Counted from the first letter of the whole stretch, positions 1 through 13,334 are shown. The stretch is DNA of 63,994 nucleotides, filler included, from Jimgerdemannia flammicorona (GCA_003990765.1; 3 parts of 3 records of this genome joined end to end with filler, not necessarily neighbours in it); one strand, 5' to 3'. The notes: a model not told the origin generated them from the sequence alone. Made by a program: numbers and translations.

Positions 1-82
1 GGGGCGGGGACGAGATAGTTGAGATAATGAGTGGAGGGTGGAAGGTTATGTAGCATGAGGCAAGTTTAATTGTTGTACTTAC

Positions 83-3000
83 TCAACATATTTAGCAGCA
101 CAATTGTGCTGATAGACGTGAACAATACCCTCATTATGTCAGTCGATCGACCAGCATTCCAATTGTCAACCACATTAAAATCACCCCCCAAAAATTGCCA
201 CAATATTTTCAGCGAACCATCCATATTGCTGAAAGGGTTGCCTGAATCTGGTGGATTCGTTGCGTTGTGGAGGAGAATCCACATTGAATGAGAAAAGGCG
301 AAGATGATCGCTGTCATGAGAATAGCCAGCCAGATAAGACTCTTCATAATTTGAATCAGCAAAGTGAAAAACAGGCCTAAGCTGGCGTGCACAAAGAGAG
401 CATAAGTCAATAATTATACAGGGGTGAGCATTCAGCAATAAGACTTCAATGTAAGCGACGTAAACGTGATTTTTCAACGAACCGTGGGAAAACCCTGAAG
501 TTGAATACAACTAACAACCAAAGTGCCAGGACTGTCCAAGCTTGAAGGTCAATAGTTTGGTCAAAATCTGGCGAAGTGAGAAGCGTGCTAACGAGCACCA
601 GTATAAAAGCAGCACGGTCAATCCAATGGTATATGGATAACCAGTAGGTTAGGTTATTCCATCGCTTCAACAGCGGCCGAAAGTGGAAGATGACCAGAAA
701 AAATCCTGTGAGCGCGATCAGAGCGATTTTGATTCCAGGTATCATGAGCGTGTACGGAGATATACTGACGGCGACCAAATAAATAGTGGCGTACGCAATA
801 TAGAGAACTAGGAGACATTGGTGATACCACCGTGCAAACTTGTTCCATTTGTATTGCACGACCGCTTGGAATGCCGGTTCATCAAATACCCGGCTTTTGC
901 AGAAGGCGAGCTGTGCAAATACGCTTAGCCGAATATCGAGTTCTCCTGGGACTACTGGATAGCGATTGAGACCGTAAAGAAGGGATACGCATTGTTTTGG
1001 ATGAAGCAGTCGTTCACCGTTCAACCACAAGCCGAATGCATTTTGATATTTCAACCACCGATCTCGAAGAGGGGACTGATTGTAATTGGAAAGTTGCTCG
1101 ACACGCGCGAATAATCCATCGTGAAACTCTCCGGTTACAGGAAATCCTGCAATAAACCTATCCAGCTTAATGTGTGATACGTACTGTGCAATTAAGGCCG
1201 CTAGTTCAGGGCTTTTTCGAGATATGGTTGGCAAAGCTCCGACGACAACTGCGATGTAGCCAGGCTCCAACAACACACCGTCTTCCGTTAATATATCCTT
1301 CAAGCAGTACCTCACAATGTCTTCGACGAAATTTCCAACTTCCAATGCATCCATTAGCGCACTCCAATCCCAAAAGTTATTATCGTAAAACATGGGACGG
1401 TAGGCGTTGCTTTCCAATACTCTTTTCACATATGTGGCAGCTTCGGCGGACGGATTTCTAACCATGTGACCGAAGGTGGACGTCTTCGTTTCGAATTCGA
1501 CCTCGTTGACAAGGAGTATCTCGGCTGATTCCAATCCCAGCTTCAAAGCCTTCTCATACGCCGCGCTGACCCTACTCCTGTTGTCCTCCCCAGCGAATTG
1601 AAGGTAGCGTGATGCGTGTTTGATCGAAATAGATTGTTTTTCGATGTCTACAGTTTCTATATGCGTTTTCCCATCATGCTGGTACTCCAACTTCATCTGC
1701 TTGATGGTCACGCCACCAGAAAGTGTGATGAGTTTAATTAGTTTAATTCCACTTATAGCTGCATCCGTGGAGGGAAGGCACCACCCGAATTTTATCACGT
1801 GCTTGTTGTAGGTCGATGATCTAGCGTTAATTATCTGCACGGTATGTTGGCCAGCAACCACGAAACAATCGTTGGATATCCAATGACAAGCCAGTGCGCG
1901 ATTATTCCACGGCTCAGGACGAACATCCACTGGATTAATGAGATAGACAGCAGGACATATTTAGCATGACATCCATGACTATATCAGATGGGGGTCACAG
2001 TCGATTAACATTTTACCTGAGTGTGGCTTGAAACCACAAATTTTCACGCGGCATTCCTCTGGTGGGCCGTGATGCTGTATAACTTGGAGGTTTTCGACCT
2101 CAGAAAGACGATATTCCACTGGCGGGTCCTTCAACTTCAATTCAAGCGGAATGTTGTCGATGGCCAGTTGTTGTGAGACGTTTAAGTTCTCCATAAAAAA
2201 CCGTGCAACGGTGGCCTTCAGAGGTGTCACCAAAGAGATCGACGACAATTCCGTGCCATCGATGACGACGTCGGAATATTTGAACTCATTCGAAAGTGTG
2301 TGCGTAAGCGGGATATTTTCGTTAGCTTTCAGGCCCGTCAAAGGATTCCACACGCCTAAAATGCAGGCCGTTTCGCTACCATCTATTGTCACGAGGAGAC
2401 GAACACCGTTGATCGTAACGAATTTCACGCCGATAACCTTCATCTCACTCATGTCCAAGCGTTTAGCTTCGCAAATGGAGATACCAGTCTGGGCGGTGAA
2501 AATCTTCAAGCCGTTGATGCCGTAGAACGCGACGAGATTGCGACGTGTATCGTAGTCATATTTATCGCCCAAATGAAATGTGTAACGAAAGGCTTGCACC
2601 AATCGACCAGTAGGGACATGCCACATTGTGGTGTAATTGGAGGTATTGTGCCATAGAAAATGATCCAGCCCTAGCGGTTTCAACGGAGGTTTGAAGACTG
2701 GCCCCGAGGCAATGACGTCCAAATGCTTTCTATCAAACGTGTGGATCAACGATCGCAATTTAATGTTCACCACAAAGAGGCGTTTTGCATCCATTATCAG
2801 TAAGGTGTTGCCATCACCCAGAATGTAGAATTTGCCGACGACATTCACCGGACGGCTGACGATATTTCTCAGGCGAATTCGACGGTGATCTATGCTGATG
2901 TAGCTTAGGAAACGAATCTGACAGTCTTCCGGAGGAAGTCTGGGGTGATAACGACCTAAAACTAGTTGTGGTAACTCTTGATTGATAGTGTTCGAAATGG

Positions 3001-3427
3001 CAAGACTGAACTGGTCGTGAGACAACAAACCAACGTTGTCGAGCTCTCTGAGTGTGAAATCTGGAACAGATATATGCTTAACGAACTCGGGGACCGGACC
3101 ACGGTAAAGACGCCAAACCGTGAGGATGCCATCATCTCCACTAAAGCAAGCTGCATAGCGGCGATCCGGTGAACACTGAAAGAGTCCAACGGGAGCTTGG
3201 TGTGGAATTTGAAAAGGTCGATGACCTTGATACTTGAAGGATACCGTGGAGTTGATCATGAGGTCTGGACTAGACTGTTTGAGGCGGATAACAGGATAAA
3301 GGCCGTCCGGAAGGCATTCCTTTCTCGCGATCTCTGTGGTTGAGATTAATGTTGAGATTTTTTTTTTTTGGGTACACCGTATTGGATGGAATTCATTGTC
3401 GAAATACACCACCTTTTCCATCCTCAT
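83..3427 (-). CDS. TRP-family cation channel-like protein (long beta-rich N-terminus + multi-TM channel domain); 3' end runs off the window start, true 5' end uncertain
   Basis: Three ORFs join in frame through GT-AG introns 1930-2016 and 382-482; a further donor GTAAGT starts at 82. Motifs typical of TRP channels: pre-S1 'FDEPAFQAVVQYKWNKF', S4-S5 linker 'FRVFPRLGLFFTLLIQIMK', pore 'NPFSNMDGSLKILWQFLGGDF', S6 'IVLLNML'. Confidence 0.75.
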
Positions 3428-4986
3428 CGCCCCTCTTATAAAGAATGGACCAACAGGCTACTCCGTTGTCTTCATAGCTCCAAATCCAATGGTATCAATA
3501 TCCGCTGTACTGGGGTCATACATATATAACATATTTCCAAACTTCAAAGACCCTGTCAGCGGCTCGTAGTTCCATGTGGTGAAGTCCTGCTCGAGACCTG
3601 AATTAAATTACTTAGTGTTGTCGAAAAGCAAACATTTCTCGTGGCATATAAGAAACATTCCGTGTTGCTCACCTTTACCGAATTTTTCCTCCTCTTTCAG
3701 ATTGAACCATTGCTCGTATACAAATCCTAGCCAAACGGCACTTCAGCGTGTGGGGAATGGGTGAAAACGGTCAGCTAGGCGTCATTAAGAAATATAACGA
3801 TTTTGTATGCTCTACGAGAACAAACCTTGGTGCATGTTCACGCTTGAGAGTTATCTCAAAATAAAAATCCTCAGTTATACTGGTATTTCCCTTAAAGTAA
3901 TGGATTCCTTCTTTTCCTATTTAAAGAAAACGAACAAACAAGACGTTGGCTTGCTTCTGCGACATAAGGCGAAAGGGCAGTCTTGTCTTGCGGCGTCTTC
4001 TTTAACGTACCATCGGGACTTTGGAGCAGAGGCAGCTGAATATCTGATATGTTCTGATCTGGGATGGTATAACGTAGCCTTGGATCCATGTTAATGGACG
4101 TATCGGTCAGTGGGGTATGGGGTATGGATTCCATGCTAGTTGGATGCTAAGTTAACAGACTGACAGACCGGAAACACTTTATATGAATAGACTGCGGATT
4201 CCGCCGCAGGAAGAGAATTATCTGCGGCAGGCGGTTGCAGTCCTTTTTTGTTCATTCCGACAGCGATTTTCGGTTCATCCATCTTAATAGAGTCACCCGT
4301 CTTCGTCAGCTTCTACAGCGGGTAAGCCTTTATGCTGTGCAACCGAACCCACCGAAACTCTGGTCTTTCCTCTTGGCCAAAAGCCCCAACTACTATCGGT
4401 ACCAAATTTAATAGCATAAATTACTCTGTTAATAAAAGATGTACGCACAGGTTATTTATAATAGAATATGTGACAAATTACAACATTGGAACCGATAAGA
4501 AAATGATTTATTCTAAGATTTTACGTTGGGCGTAAGTGGAAGATACTAGTTAATTTTCTTTGCATGCCGGATGACGGCTAGAACAATGTCAACTACGGTG
4601 GTTTTTGGAAAGAAATTTGCCGAACATTACCTGAGTTTGTTCGTTAATCATGATAATTCTAACTGTGAGGCGTACTTTGGTTGGTCTCAACTTCGTTTCG
4701 CACTTCAAGTTCTCTGATTCTGCGTCGAGTACTTAGTTCGTGCTTTTAGACCGAGTTCCGTTTAGGATTGGCTGTCAGGGGAAGGTACCCTGTTTGGGTT
4801 GTCGTGCGCCACAACCTTACTGGAAATGATCGCACACGACTGCCTTATTGCCAATATATCGTCCGTAGGAAATAATTGCCATGGTCGTTCTTCGGATGCT
4901 CATCGTCGTCCTGCATTCCTTAGATAGTGATTGGTATGCTAACATTTAAACACGCTATCATACTGAAAAGCAGTGTGGTGAAACGA

Positions 4987-7583
4987 CTTATTTTCCACCG
5001 TAATACAAGCATGTGACTGAACCCATAAATGTAATTATGTAATTAAACCCGCCTCCAAACATGGTGCGCAAGCGCGGTTTTCTTCTCAAACAGCGCGAGT
5101 GGGTTTGTTCTTCTCAAATAAACAACAAATCAAATCCACAAAATGTCAACTACTATGCCAATTGATATCACAGAGTTAGCTGGTGACAGAGAACTTCCCC
5201 TGGCTGGCCTTTTAGACATGTTTGACCACTTCATGGAGAGTCTCCAAGATGCCCCTGTCCCATTCCTAATGGCCTACTTCCTCATGGTGCTGTTCTCTAT
5301 ATATGCGAGGGTTCCCAATGCAGCTGAGCAAATCCAGGCTCAGAGTAACTTGTCCCATTGGACACTGAGTTCCAGAAGTGGGTACATAACTTTGGCCATG
5401 CTACTAATGCAAGCTATGTGAGAGAGTGAACTGAGACCACAGCTGGGAATGGAGTTTCACTACACTTACAAATGCCATTGGTCAGGAAAATACAGGAGTA
5501 TTGCCAGCAAAGATCCTATGAAGAAAGCATGCACAAATCAGAAGAATTCAAAGAAGGTTGACTATATGGCTACTATTATTATTACCAAAACTCATAGAGC
5601 CCAGCCTCAAATAATTATCAAGTACACTCCTCACACCCATCATACTCCAGGTGCTGATGATGATGTTGGGACATTTAGGCATTCAAAAGACCTCTGTATG
5701 ATGGGTTTGATATGAAAGAAATCTGCCAACTTTTTCAAATATAAGTATATAAGTTGGAGAGAACTTGGTATCAATTAGAGCAGCAGACTATAGTTAAGAT
5801 CCAAGACTATCTTATTACTTCTGATGATATCTACAATATTTGGAAGAAGGTCATCAAGGAAAACCAGATACTATATCAGTTAGAGAAACAAAGCCTCAAT
5901 CTCTAACAAATTAAGCTTAAGGAGAATAGAGATCTCACCTATACAATTTCTTAATTAGAGAGTAGTGGTGAGAATGACAAGAGAAGACTTCTTGGCTTTA
6001 CTATTCCTGTAAAGAGAGAAATTATCAGTTAGGTTATCATGATCCTTCTTGATACTATCTAGAGTATAAATAAAAAAAAAAGACCAGCTTGATATATTCC
6101 TCTTACCTGATCTAAAGACTGATAAAGGTCTATCTCTTGCTCATCTTATTTTATCTAGAAAAAAACTATATCTGTAAAACATTGGCTGTAGAGCCTTTGA
6201 TGACTGGTAAGACTCTACATCATTTTTAGTTAACTGTAATTCTGCTCAGATTAAGGCCCTCTACTCTATCTTCCCAGAAAGTGAAATATTGATATATTGA
6301 TGATATAACTCAATAGCTTGGTAGGAAAACTTACAGAAGATGATACAGAGAAAGTGGTAGTAATAATAACAGCAGGAGAGAAACTGAGTCTATATATAAA
6401 GAAAGTAATAATAGATGAGCTCTGGACTGATCTGAGAGAGTTGATACATATCGATAATTAAGAAAATACTAAGGAGGATCTGGCTGCCTTCTTAAATAAG
6501 TAAGTACATATAATAACTTTATTATCTATTTTAAGAAGCAGTGGTTGAATGAACCAGATAAGCAAAATATTGTCTATAGTATTAACAAGAGTATGTGGAT
6601 CAAAGCCTATTGATCAGAAGTTTCTCATATTAATATAGATACTACTAATATGCTCAAGTCTTGGCATCATAAGCTCAAGTATAACAACTTTAATAATAAG
6701 CCAAACTGTTATAGAGATGTTCTTATTTATTAGCTCTATATCATTAGAGATGGGAATGTTTGACAGCTGTAGAGGTTAGCAGAAGTATGTATAGGAAAAT
6801 TGATATCTGTAGAGAGAGAGGATCAGGAATAAAAGTAGAAAGCAAAAGTATTGATAGAGATAGTATAGGGGATTGAGATTGATACTACTGTACAATGTGG
6901 ACTGTGGCATAGCAGGAGTAAGATACTCAATTGAGATGGATGCAGAGTCTCAAGAACAGCTGGAGCAGCAATTCTCCTATATCTGTTGTGATTTTCAGAG
7001 CTGGTATCTTCCTTGTAAGCATATCTATACTGTTATTTTTCTCTACTTTCCAGCATCTACACTACAGCTGAATAGCCAGTTTCCTCTTCTCTCAAATGTA
7101 CAGTATCAGCAACAACACCAGCAAGAGCAACAACCCACTGTTGAACAGCTTCTTCGTGAATTCCAGAAGATGATGGCAGGTCTGCAAGATCTGGATATCA
7201 GTGGCTTGCAGGTTGTTTGAAATCAGATAGCACAAGTTCTTCAGGAGGTTCGGCAGTCAGGCAATGAATTTCGTGTAGGAGATTGGATTGAAGAAGGGGA
7301 GAGAATAAAACTCCCTCCACATATGAACATTGAGAGGCAGAGGTGGTGAAATGGTTGTATTTTGTATTATTGTCATATTTCTTTTAATTGGAAATTCAGC
7401 ACAGGACTTGTACTGCAAGAGCACGATGAGTATGATATTGCAACAATATATATATATTTTATTTTATTTTTGGATTAAAGAAAATCACCGCTGTCCAAAT
7501 TGCGAACTTAGCGTTTGCGACAACTTTGAAATGACGTCCAACGTCTATTCCAAATCGGGATATGTATTACGGTGGGAAATAAG
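4987..7583 (+). mobile_element. Degenerate Mutator-like (MULE) DNA transposon
   Basis: 21-bp TIRs CTTATTTTCCACCGTAATACA (4987-5007) and TGTATTACGGTGGGAAATAAG (7563-7583), 1 mismatch. The 9-bp flanks GTGAAACGA and GTGACACCC match 6/9. Stop-ridden transposase remnants: 'FLVNCNSAQIKAL..IFPESEILI', 'TTNMLKSWHHKLK', SWIM-like 'CCDFQSWYLPCKHI'. Confidence 0.8.
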
Positions 7584-7708
7584 GTGACACCCTTCACGAT
7601 CGTATTTTATCAATGGCGCACGTCGCACAAGACCAGCTGACTGCATAATCGTTTTTGTCTTTTTTCTCTGTCGACCACTCTCTCTAACCACCAAATTACC
7701 AATACACA

Positions 7709-8399
7709 ATGACCAAGTTCGCCCTGACCACCACTCTCCCGCTTGACAACCTGCTCAAGGTCCTCGGCCCCACTCAGGGCCGCGAGCAGACCTACCCTGT
7801 GGCGTGCAATACATTGTCAGGCAGGGCGCCACGGGCAGCATTCAAAAGAAGAGCAACTTGAAGACCTTGGGCAATCGGGAGGAAGCGTGAGTATTGATTC
7901 TTATAGGGGACGACTGTCATGGTGTGGTCTTGTCGCGCATTCGTCGTAATTTTGATCGTCAATTCACACGCTCCAGACATCAGTCAATCTAAAACTTTGC
8001 CTTTCTGCAATCTTCTGTCATGCCAAGCCATCGAAGGTTCATGAGGTCCTACAGTTTACGCAAGCCGTCTGCAACGTCGCCTACAGTGCCTACTACGTGT
8101 GCGAAATGTTGTTTTGTGTGAGCCTTCCCCTCGTTTTTTATGTTTTATTTATATTTTTTACCATTGGCAAGTTGCGAATGTACATTTTTCATATCTCTCC
8201 CCATCTCATATGCCTTCAAGGTGGCTTCCGCAAGGTGGCCAACCAGAAGCAGATCAGCGACATGGGCCACAAGTTCTGGACGGCAGCCGTGCGCTTCTCG
8301 ATCTTCTCATCGCTCTACTCATCATCCTGCACGGGGAGTTCCTCGAGGGCGCGCACCGCGCTGCAGGGTAAGGATGCTCTTACCAAGTGCGCAAATTAA
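7709..8399 (+). pseudogene. PEX11: PEX11-like peroxisomal membrane protein pseudogene
   Basis: 'LDNLLKVLGPTQGREQTY' continues as 'GVQYIVR' only after a 2-nt frameshift near 7797. Later blocks 'VAYSAYYVCEML' and 'GGFRKVANQKQISDMGHKFWTAAVRFSIFSSLY' resemble PEX11. Donors GTGAGT and GTGAGC are retained. Confidence 0.55.
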
Positions 8400-9389
8400 A
8401 AGGCCGTTCAAGAAGGCGCTCAAGAAGTGAGTAAGGCTTTTTTTTTTGGAATAGGTTAATGTGCCGGTTCGCGAATAAGTAAATCGCTGATTTCGTAGAA
8501 TATAATTCGAATTGCAGTCGTACGTTCCGGTTGTAGAGTCGCTAGTCATGTGAACCCGCAAATTGGAATAATTGAGCGACAAAAAAAGCGTTATTCTCAA
8601 TTCACTTTCCTTTCCGCATAATGATCAGTAGTGGATGTTGCCTACTATGAATAAACGCTAAGAATTCTCTAGCACAAGTCGTATTTGCGTTGCTGCTTTG
8701 GCCTTGGAGATCGTTATTTTTTGCATGGTTAATCGGCACTGGTATTGCTTGTTTCGGGCGATGAGACGCTGTCGAGGTGGCAGAGGCGAGAATAAATGGC
8801 GGAGACGGTCAGGGGATTCGTGGAAAGGTGAGGGAGGTTTCGTGGGATTTTTGGTACGGGTGGGAATCGCCGTTTAATTCTACCGCCAATACATTATTCT
8901 CGTCACACAGATTCTCGAAGACAACATGGCGCAGCAGGCCGACCGAGCGGCGACACCGACCGGGCGGTGACATCGACGGTGGCGGTGGAGCGATTAACTA
9001 CTACGATTACTTCCTAGAGGCGAAAGAACGGCGCTAGTTGCGAAGCACTCATGAGCAAAACGGTACCCTGCGAATGGGATTGGGTTGGGAAAGATGTTTG
9101 ATCAGCTGGAGCAGAGCTTGGAGGGATGACGGACATGTTGAGTAAAGTTGCGAGCAGGTTGGATCGGAAGAGGAGAGCGAGGAGAGGGTTAGGGCGCGCT
9201 GGTGGCGGCGAGTGGGGTGAAGGTATCGGAGGTACTTGTTTGGGATTTTGGAGACGGTAGGTGATCTGGTGACTGTGTAGAAGAGTATAATAAGTTTAAT
9301 AATTATAAATAAATAATAGGTAGTAATTTGATAAAGATATCTCTAATAAATTAGCTTATAAATTTAATTGTTTAAAGATATATAATTCT

Positions 9390-9690
9390 TATCTATTACC
9401 TATCTTCTAGTAACTATCTTATTATTTATCTCATATCATTTATCTCTTGTCTATTATTTATTATCTATATTTTATCTATTATCTATCTCTTATTACTTAT
9501 TTTCTACTCATTATCTCTATCTCTTATTATCTATCTTCTATCTATTATCTGTCTTTTATTATCTAACTTTTATTATATATTTTCTATTTATTATCTATCA
9601 CTTATATTCAATTTATTACTTATCTTCTATTGCTTATCTCATTATTTATCTTTTATTATATATCTCTTATCTATTATTTATTACTTATTA
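9390..9690. repeat. AT-rich low-complexity array of TTATCT/TATTA-like units
   Basis: Many imperfect TTATCT(A/C/T) units; almost no G on the + strand. Confidence 0.6.
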
Positions 9691-9701
9691 GTTATAGTTT
9701 T

Positions 9702-10326
9702 TGTTGAAATTCTTATTATTTTACATCTTGATAATTTGTAGCTTATATGGATTATATATATATAATTATATCACCCATAATTACATAACTGATTTTAATA
9801 TATATATAAATTTACACTATATAGAGAAATAAACAAATGCTCTCTATTACTCTTTCTATACTATTTATAATAAAGGTTATAAGTTTACTAATACATACTA
9901 AGTAGCTATATATAACAATATACTTCTAATATATACTATAAACAAACTATTATAAAGAAAATAAAAGAGGTTAATTTTATTTAGTTATATAGGTTATATA
10001 TTTTACATATTATTGATAAATGATATAAAACTAATGAGATGATATAAGTTATATACTGATACATATATCAAGTTACTATACTAATACTTTTACTCAATAA
10101 GATATATATATAAAATATAAAACTAGAATAAAAAGTAATATCAAATATATGCAAAACTAGAACTATATATATAACCCAGAATTATAATTATTAAATCCTA
10201 TATATAAAAAATTTTTATAGACTAAAAAGTATTCTAAAATATCTATAGAAATACTGAATATAATATAAACTAACTAATAACTGCAAAAACTGAATATTAA
10301 GCTAAAGAAGAACTATTTATATATAC
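9702..10326 (+). mobile_element. Highly decayed Ty1/Copia 5' relic (LTR + PBS-like site + gag remnant)
   Basis: Starts TGTTGAAATTCTTATTATT, similar to the reverse complement of the Copia LTR end at 39168. GGTTATAAG PBS-like motif near 9875, as in the other Copia copies. Confidence 0.4.
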
Positions 10327-12785
10327 TGTAATATAGTAGACACTTAATCCTTAAAGTACATCAGATTTCTGTATCTTGAAACTTGACTTGTTCTGACTCT
10401 TACAGAGTTCTCAGAGTTGCAGGAGTGGGTGAGTTCAAAGTGTATCTGCCTACAGGCTTACTAGTTCCTTTACTTTCTCTTTGCTTTGAACTATTTTGAT
10501 CTGAGATTTATTCACTCTAAGATGCTGGGTTATTTATACATGTTTTACTAGCTTATAAGGTGGCTAAGTTATGAGTCATTTCACAAGTATTGAATCTTTT
10601 AACATCTGCTAGGATTGTGCTGATTGCAAATATTCTAATATCTTCTAAATCTTTACAAATATTAAAGTTTCTGCACTTTGTAGAATATAACTGCTATTTA
10701 TAAGACTAAGCTATTTTGGGAATCAGATTCAGGTACTGCAATCAAATGTCTAATTTTCCTGTTTCATGTTACTAATTTGGATCAGCTGTCACATCTTCCT
10801 TCTGAATAGGTGATTTGTCTCTGGAGTATCCTATTCACTTGAATTCCCAGGCTTCTATAATTTGTATTTCCTTGTACTGCATAATTTGTATCATTATGTT
10901 CTTCTAATGTTATCTCTTAATATATCCAAAGTCTTCTGGGGTTACTTCTCAGAAATGGACTAAGACTGACTCGTTATTCTTGAATAACTTGTGCACTCTT
11001 TTTGTGATTGTAATTTGAGCATAGGAGAGCTGACATTCCTTGATCCAGTCTTCTTTTCCCATCTTCAGTTTGGAATTCAGTAGCTGTCCCAACTTAAAGT
11101 ATTCCTGGAACTCAGTTCAGTTCTAGTAGGTCTTGAAATATAAGATTCATAATAGGTGTGTTTGCACTATACTCTGGATACTGTCAAAGGATTTCTCCAT
11201 TATTGGTGGCTTGGTAGAACACCACTGTCTTTCTATGACTCCTGAACAGTATTAGTAATCTTGAGGGCAGTAGCATTTCTTTGTTGACTAATCATAATAC
11301 TTCTTGAGTTAGTTTCAGTGAATAGTAGTGGGGATGATTGTGCCTGAGAGTTTTCATAGCCAAAAGGTGGTCTCTTTTATATCTTGCACAAGGTAAGGTT
11401 CTTCTTACTTAGGCTCCAGTTTTCATGACCATGAAGCTTCTACTATATTCTGATATACCAGGACTTTGTCTCCTATCTTGATAATCTCTAGGGGCTTGTG
11501 AATCTTTTCTGTATTATTTCACTATAGTATCTGCACCTTATTTATGTAATCCTCAGCCTTCTTCCTGATTTGGTGTAGTTTCCATATCTCTATGTCCATG
11601 CATTTCTATACAGTATCTCTATTGGACAATAGAATTTCTTGAGAACTTTTTTCTTCAAATAGCATTTCTTGAGAGGTAAAGTGGGTGCTTTGTGATTGGA
11701 TATCCTGAAGAGCAGATAATGCTATTAGCAGATAGTGATCTCAGTTTTTATAGTTATTGTAAATCTTTGTAATAACATTCTTGAGGGTCTTGTTAGTTCT
11801 TTCTACTTATCCATTTCCTTCAGGGTAATAGGCTGTGGTCTGAATATACTGGATCTTATACTTCTTATAGAGAACCTTGAAGAACTGATTCATAAATTCT
11901 GTCCCTCTGTCTGTGGTTACTTGCATTTGGGTCTTGAATTGGCAGATGATTTCTTTGTAAAAGAAATCAGCAATTAACTATGTATTGGTTTCTTTGAGAG
12001 GTCCTGCCTCTATCCATTTTGTGAAGAGGTCTACAATGATAATAATATATTGATTGCCAGTTAGGGTCAAGGGTAGAGAGCTAATTATATCTATTGCAAT
12101 ATGGGTAAATGGTACTAGTTCTATATATACTGATCCTAGGGCTTGATTTTATTAGTCTTGTTTTTATTTCTGGCATTTGTCACAGGTCTTGACAAATTTT
12201 CTGATATCTTTCTCTATTTCTGGCCACCATATTGTTCTTCTTGCTTTAACATATATATTGATTCCTCCTAAATAGCCAAGTTCATATACTGATTTCATTG
12301 CTTGCTCTATCTTATGTTCTGATATAACTAGTAGTTTTCCATTCTTCAGTATTTCTCTATTGGTTTTGAATTGTTTCTATGTTCTGTTGATAATCATTTG
12401 TGTCCATTCTTCCAGATATTGGGGTATCTTTTACTGTCCCAGGTATGTGATAATTCCATAGTAAAGCTCCTTATTCATTATTAGTTTGTTGGTTGAGGAT
12501 CCTTTGGGGTGTCTATAAGAGGGTATCTGTATTGGCATTGGTTCTTCCTGGACAGTGCATGATGGTTATATCATAGGCTTACAACTTCATGATCTATCTA
12601 GTATAGATTTCCTTGGGTTGTCTAGTGGTCAGTAACCAGGTAAGAGTTGAGTGATCTGTTTGAATAGTAAAGTGTCTTTTGGCCAGATAGTAGTAGAACT
12701 TTTCTACAGCCCAGATAACTGTGAGACACTCCAACTTGTATGATTCATATTCTTTTTCAGCTCCTCAGGTTCCTTGGCTGAGGTA
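10327..12785 (-). mobile_element. 3' part of a Ty3/Gypsy element: RNase H, integrase, accessory ORF remnant, PPT, 467-bp 3' LTR (10327-10793)
   Basis: RNase H 'YESYKLECLTVIWAVEKF..IQTDHS'; integrase 'QYWWPE..C..CQ', 'HIAIDII', 'YRPQPI'. PPT AGAAGGAAGA abuts the LTR, which reads TGTGACA...ATTACA on the minus strand. Confidence 0.8.
10840..11160 (-). pseudogene. Decayed accessory ORF between integrase and 3' LTR, apparent distant homolog of ORF 61159-61986
   Basis: Reads 'TEFQEYFKLGQLL...ITKRVHKLFKNNESVLVHF*EVTPEDF'. The KR-to-DF block aligns without gaps to 'AKKIHQIFRHAPWSIPNLEYVRVSDF'. Confidence 0.55.
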
Positions 12786-13334
12786 AGCTTTAGCTTCCAA
12801 ATCTATCACCATCTCTCTGGTCATGGCCACAGTATTACCTACCTTTGAAGCAGAGCCAGTCAATGGAGGGACAAGAGAGGAGAGGGTGAGGTTGAGTTCC
12901 ATAACCCATGCCTTATAAAAGATCTATACCTCAGGCCTCTTTGCAATAGTATCACCAGCTAACTGCCAGATCCAGGCATAGAAGAATTGAAGGACCCAAA
13001 CCTTTATGGTCTCTAAGGCATTCTTGTTTTGGGGGAGTATAGAGTCTCAGGCCAAAAGTACTGAGAACTCAAGCACCTTCATCATATTTTGAAATATCAT
13101 GATATAATCAAGATATAAGAGAAATTTGATAATTGATGTCAAGATATATAATATATTGAGAATCTTTAACAACATTACATAGACAGCATACAGGATCTTC
13201 TAGATCTGCCTGATCTTCAGATAGACAAATCTATTAATATAAATACACTGAAGCCAATATAATAACTCTTATTTCTATCTCTCTCTGATCCTTTGGATTC
13301 TTAGAGAAATAAGATATTACTTAGAGACTTAGTA

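Noticed and set aside
3430..4134. ORF 3892-4134 (minus) and intervening segments as upstream exons of the TRP gene
   Set aside because: A plausible GTACGT donor exists, but I could not build a stop-free spliced path to 3427; left unannotated.
8777..9280. GC-rich short ORF-like stretch
   Set aside because: No recognisable protein similarity or coherent exon structure.
12786..13330. Unassigned CpG-depleted segment between the RNase H remnant and the LTR-like unit
   Set aside because: Probably TE-derived, but no recognisable motif in the frames examined.
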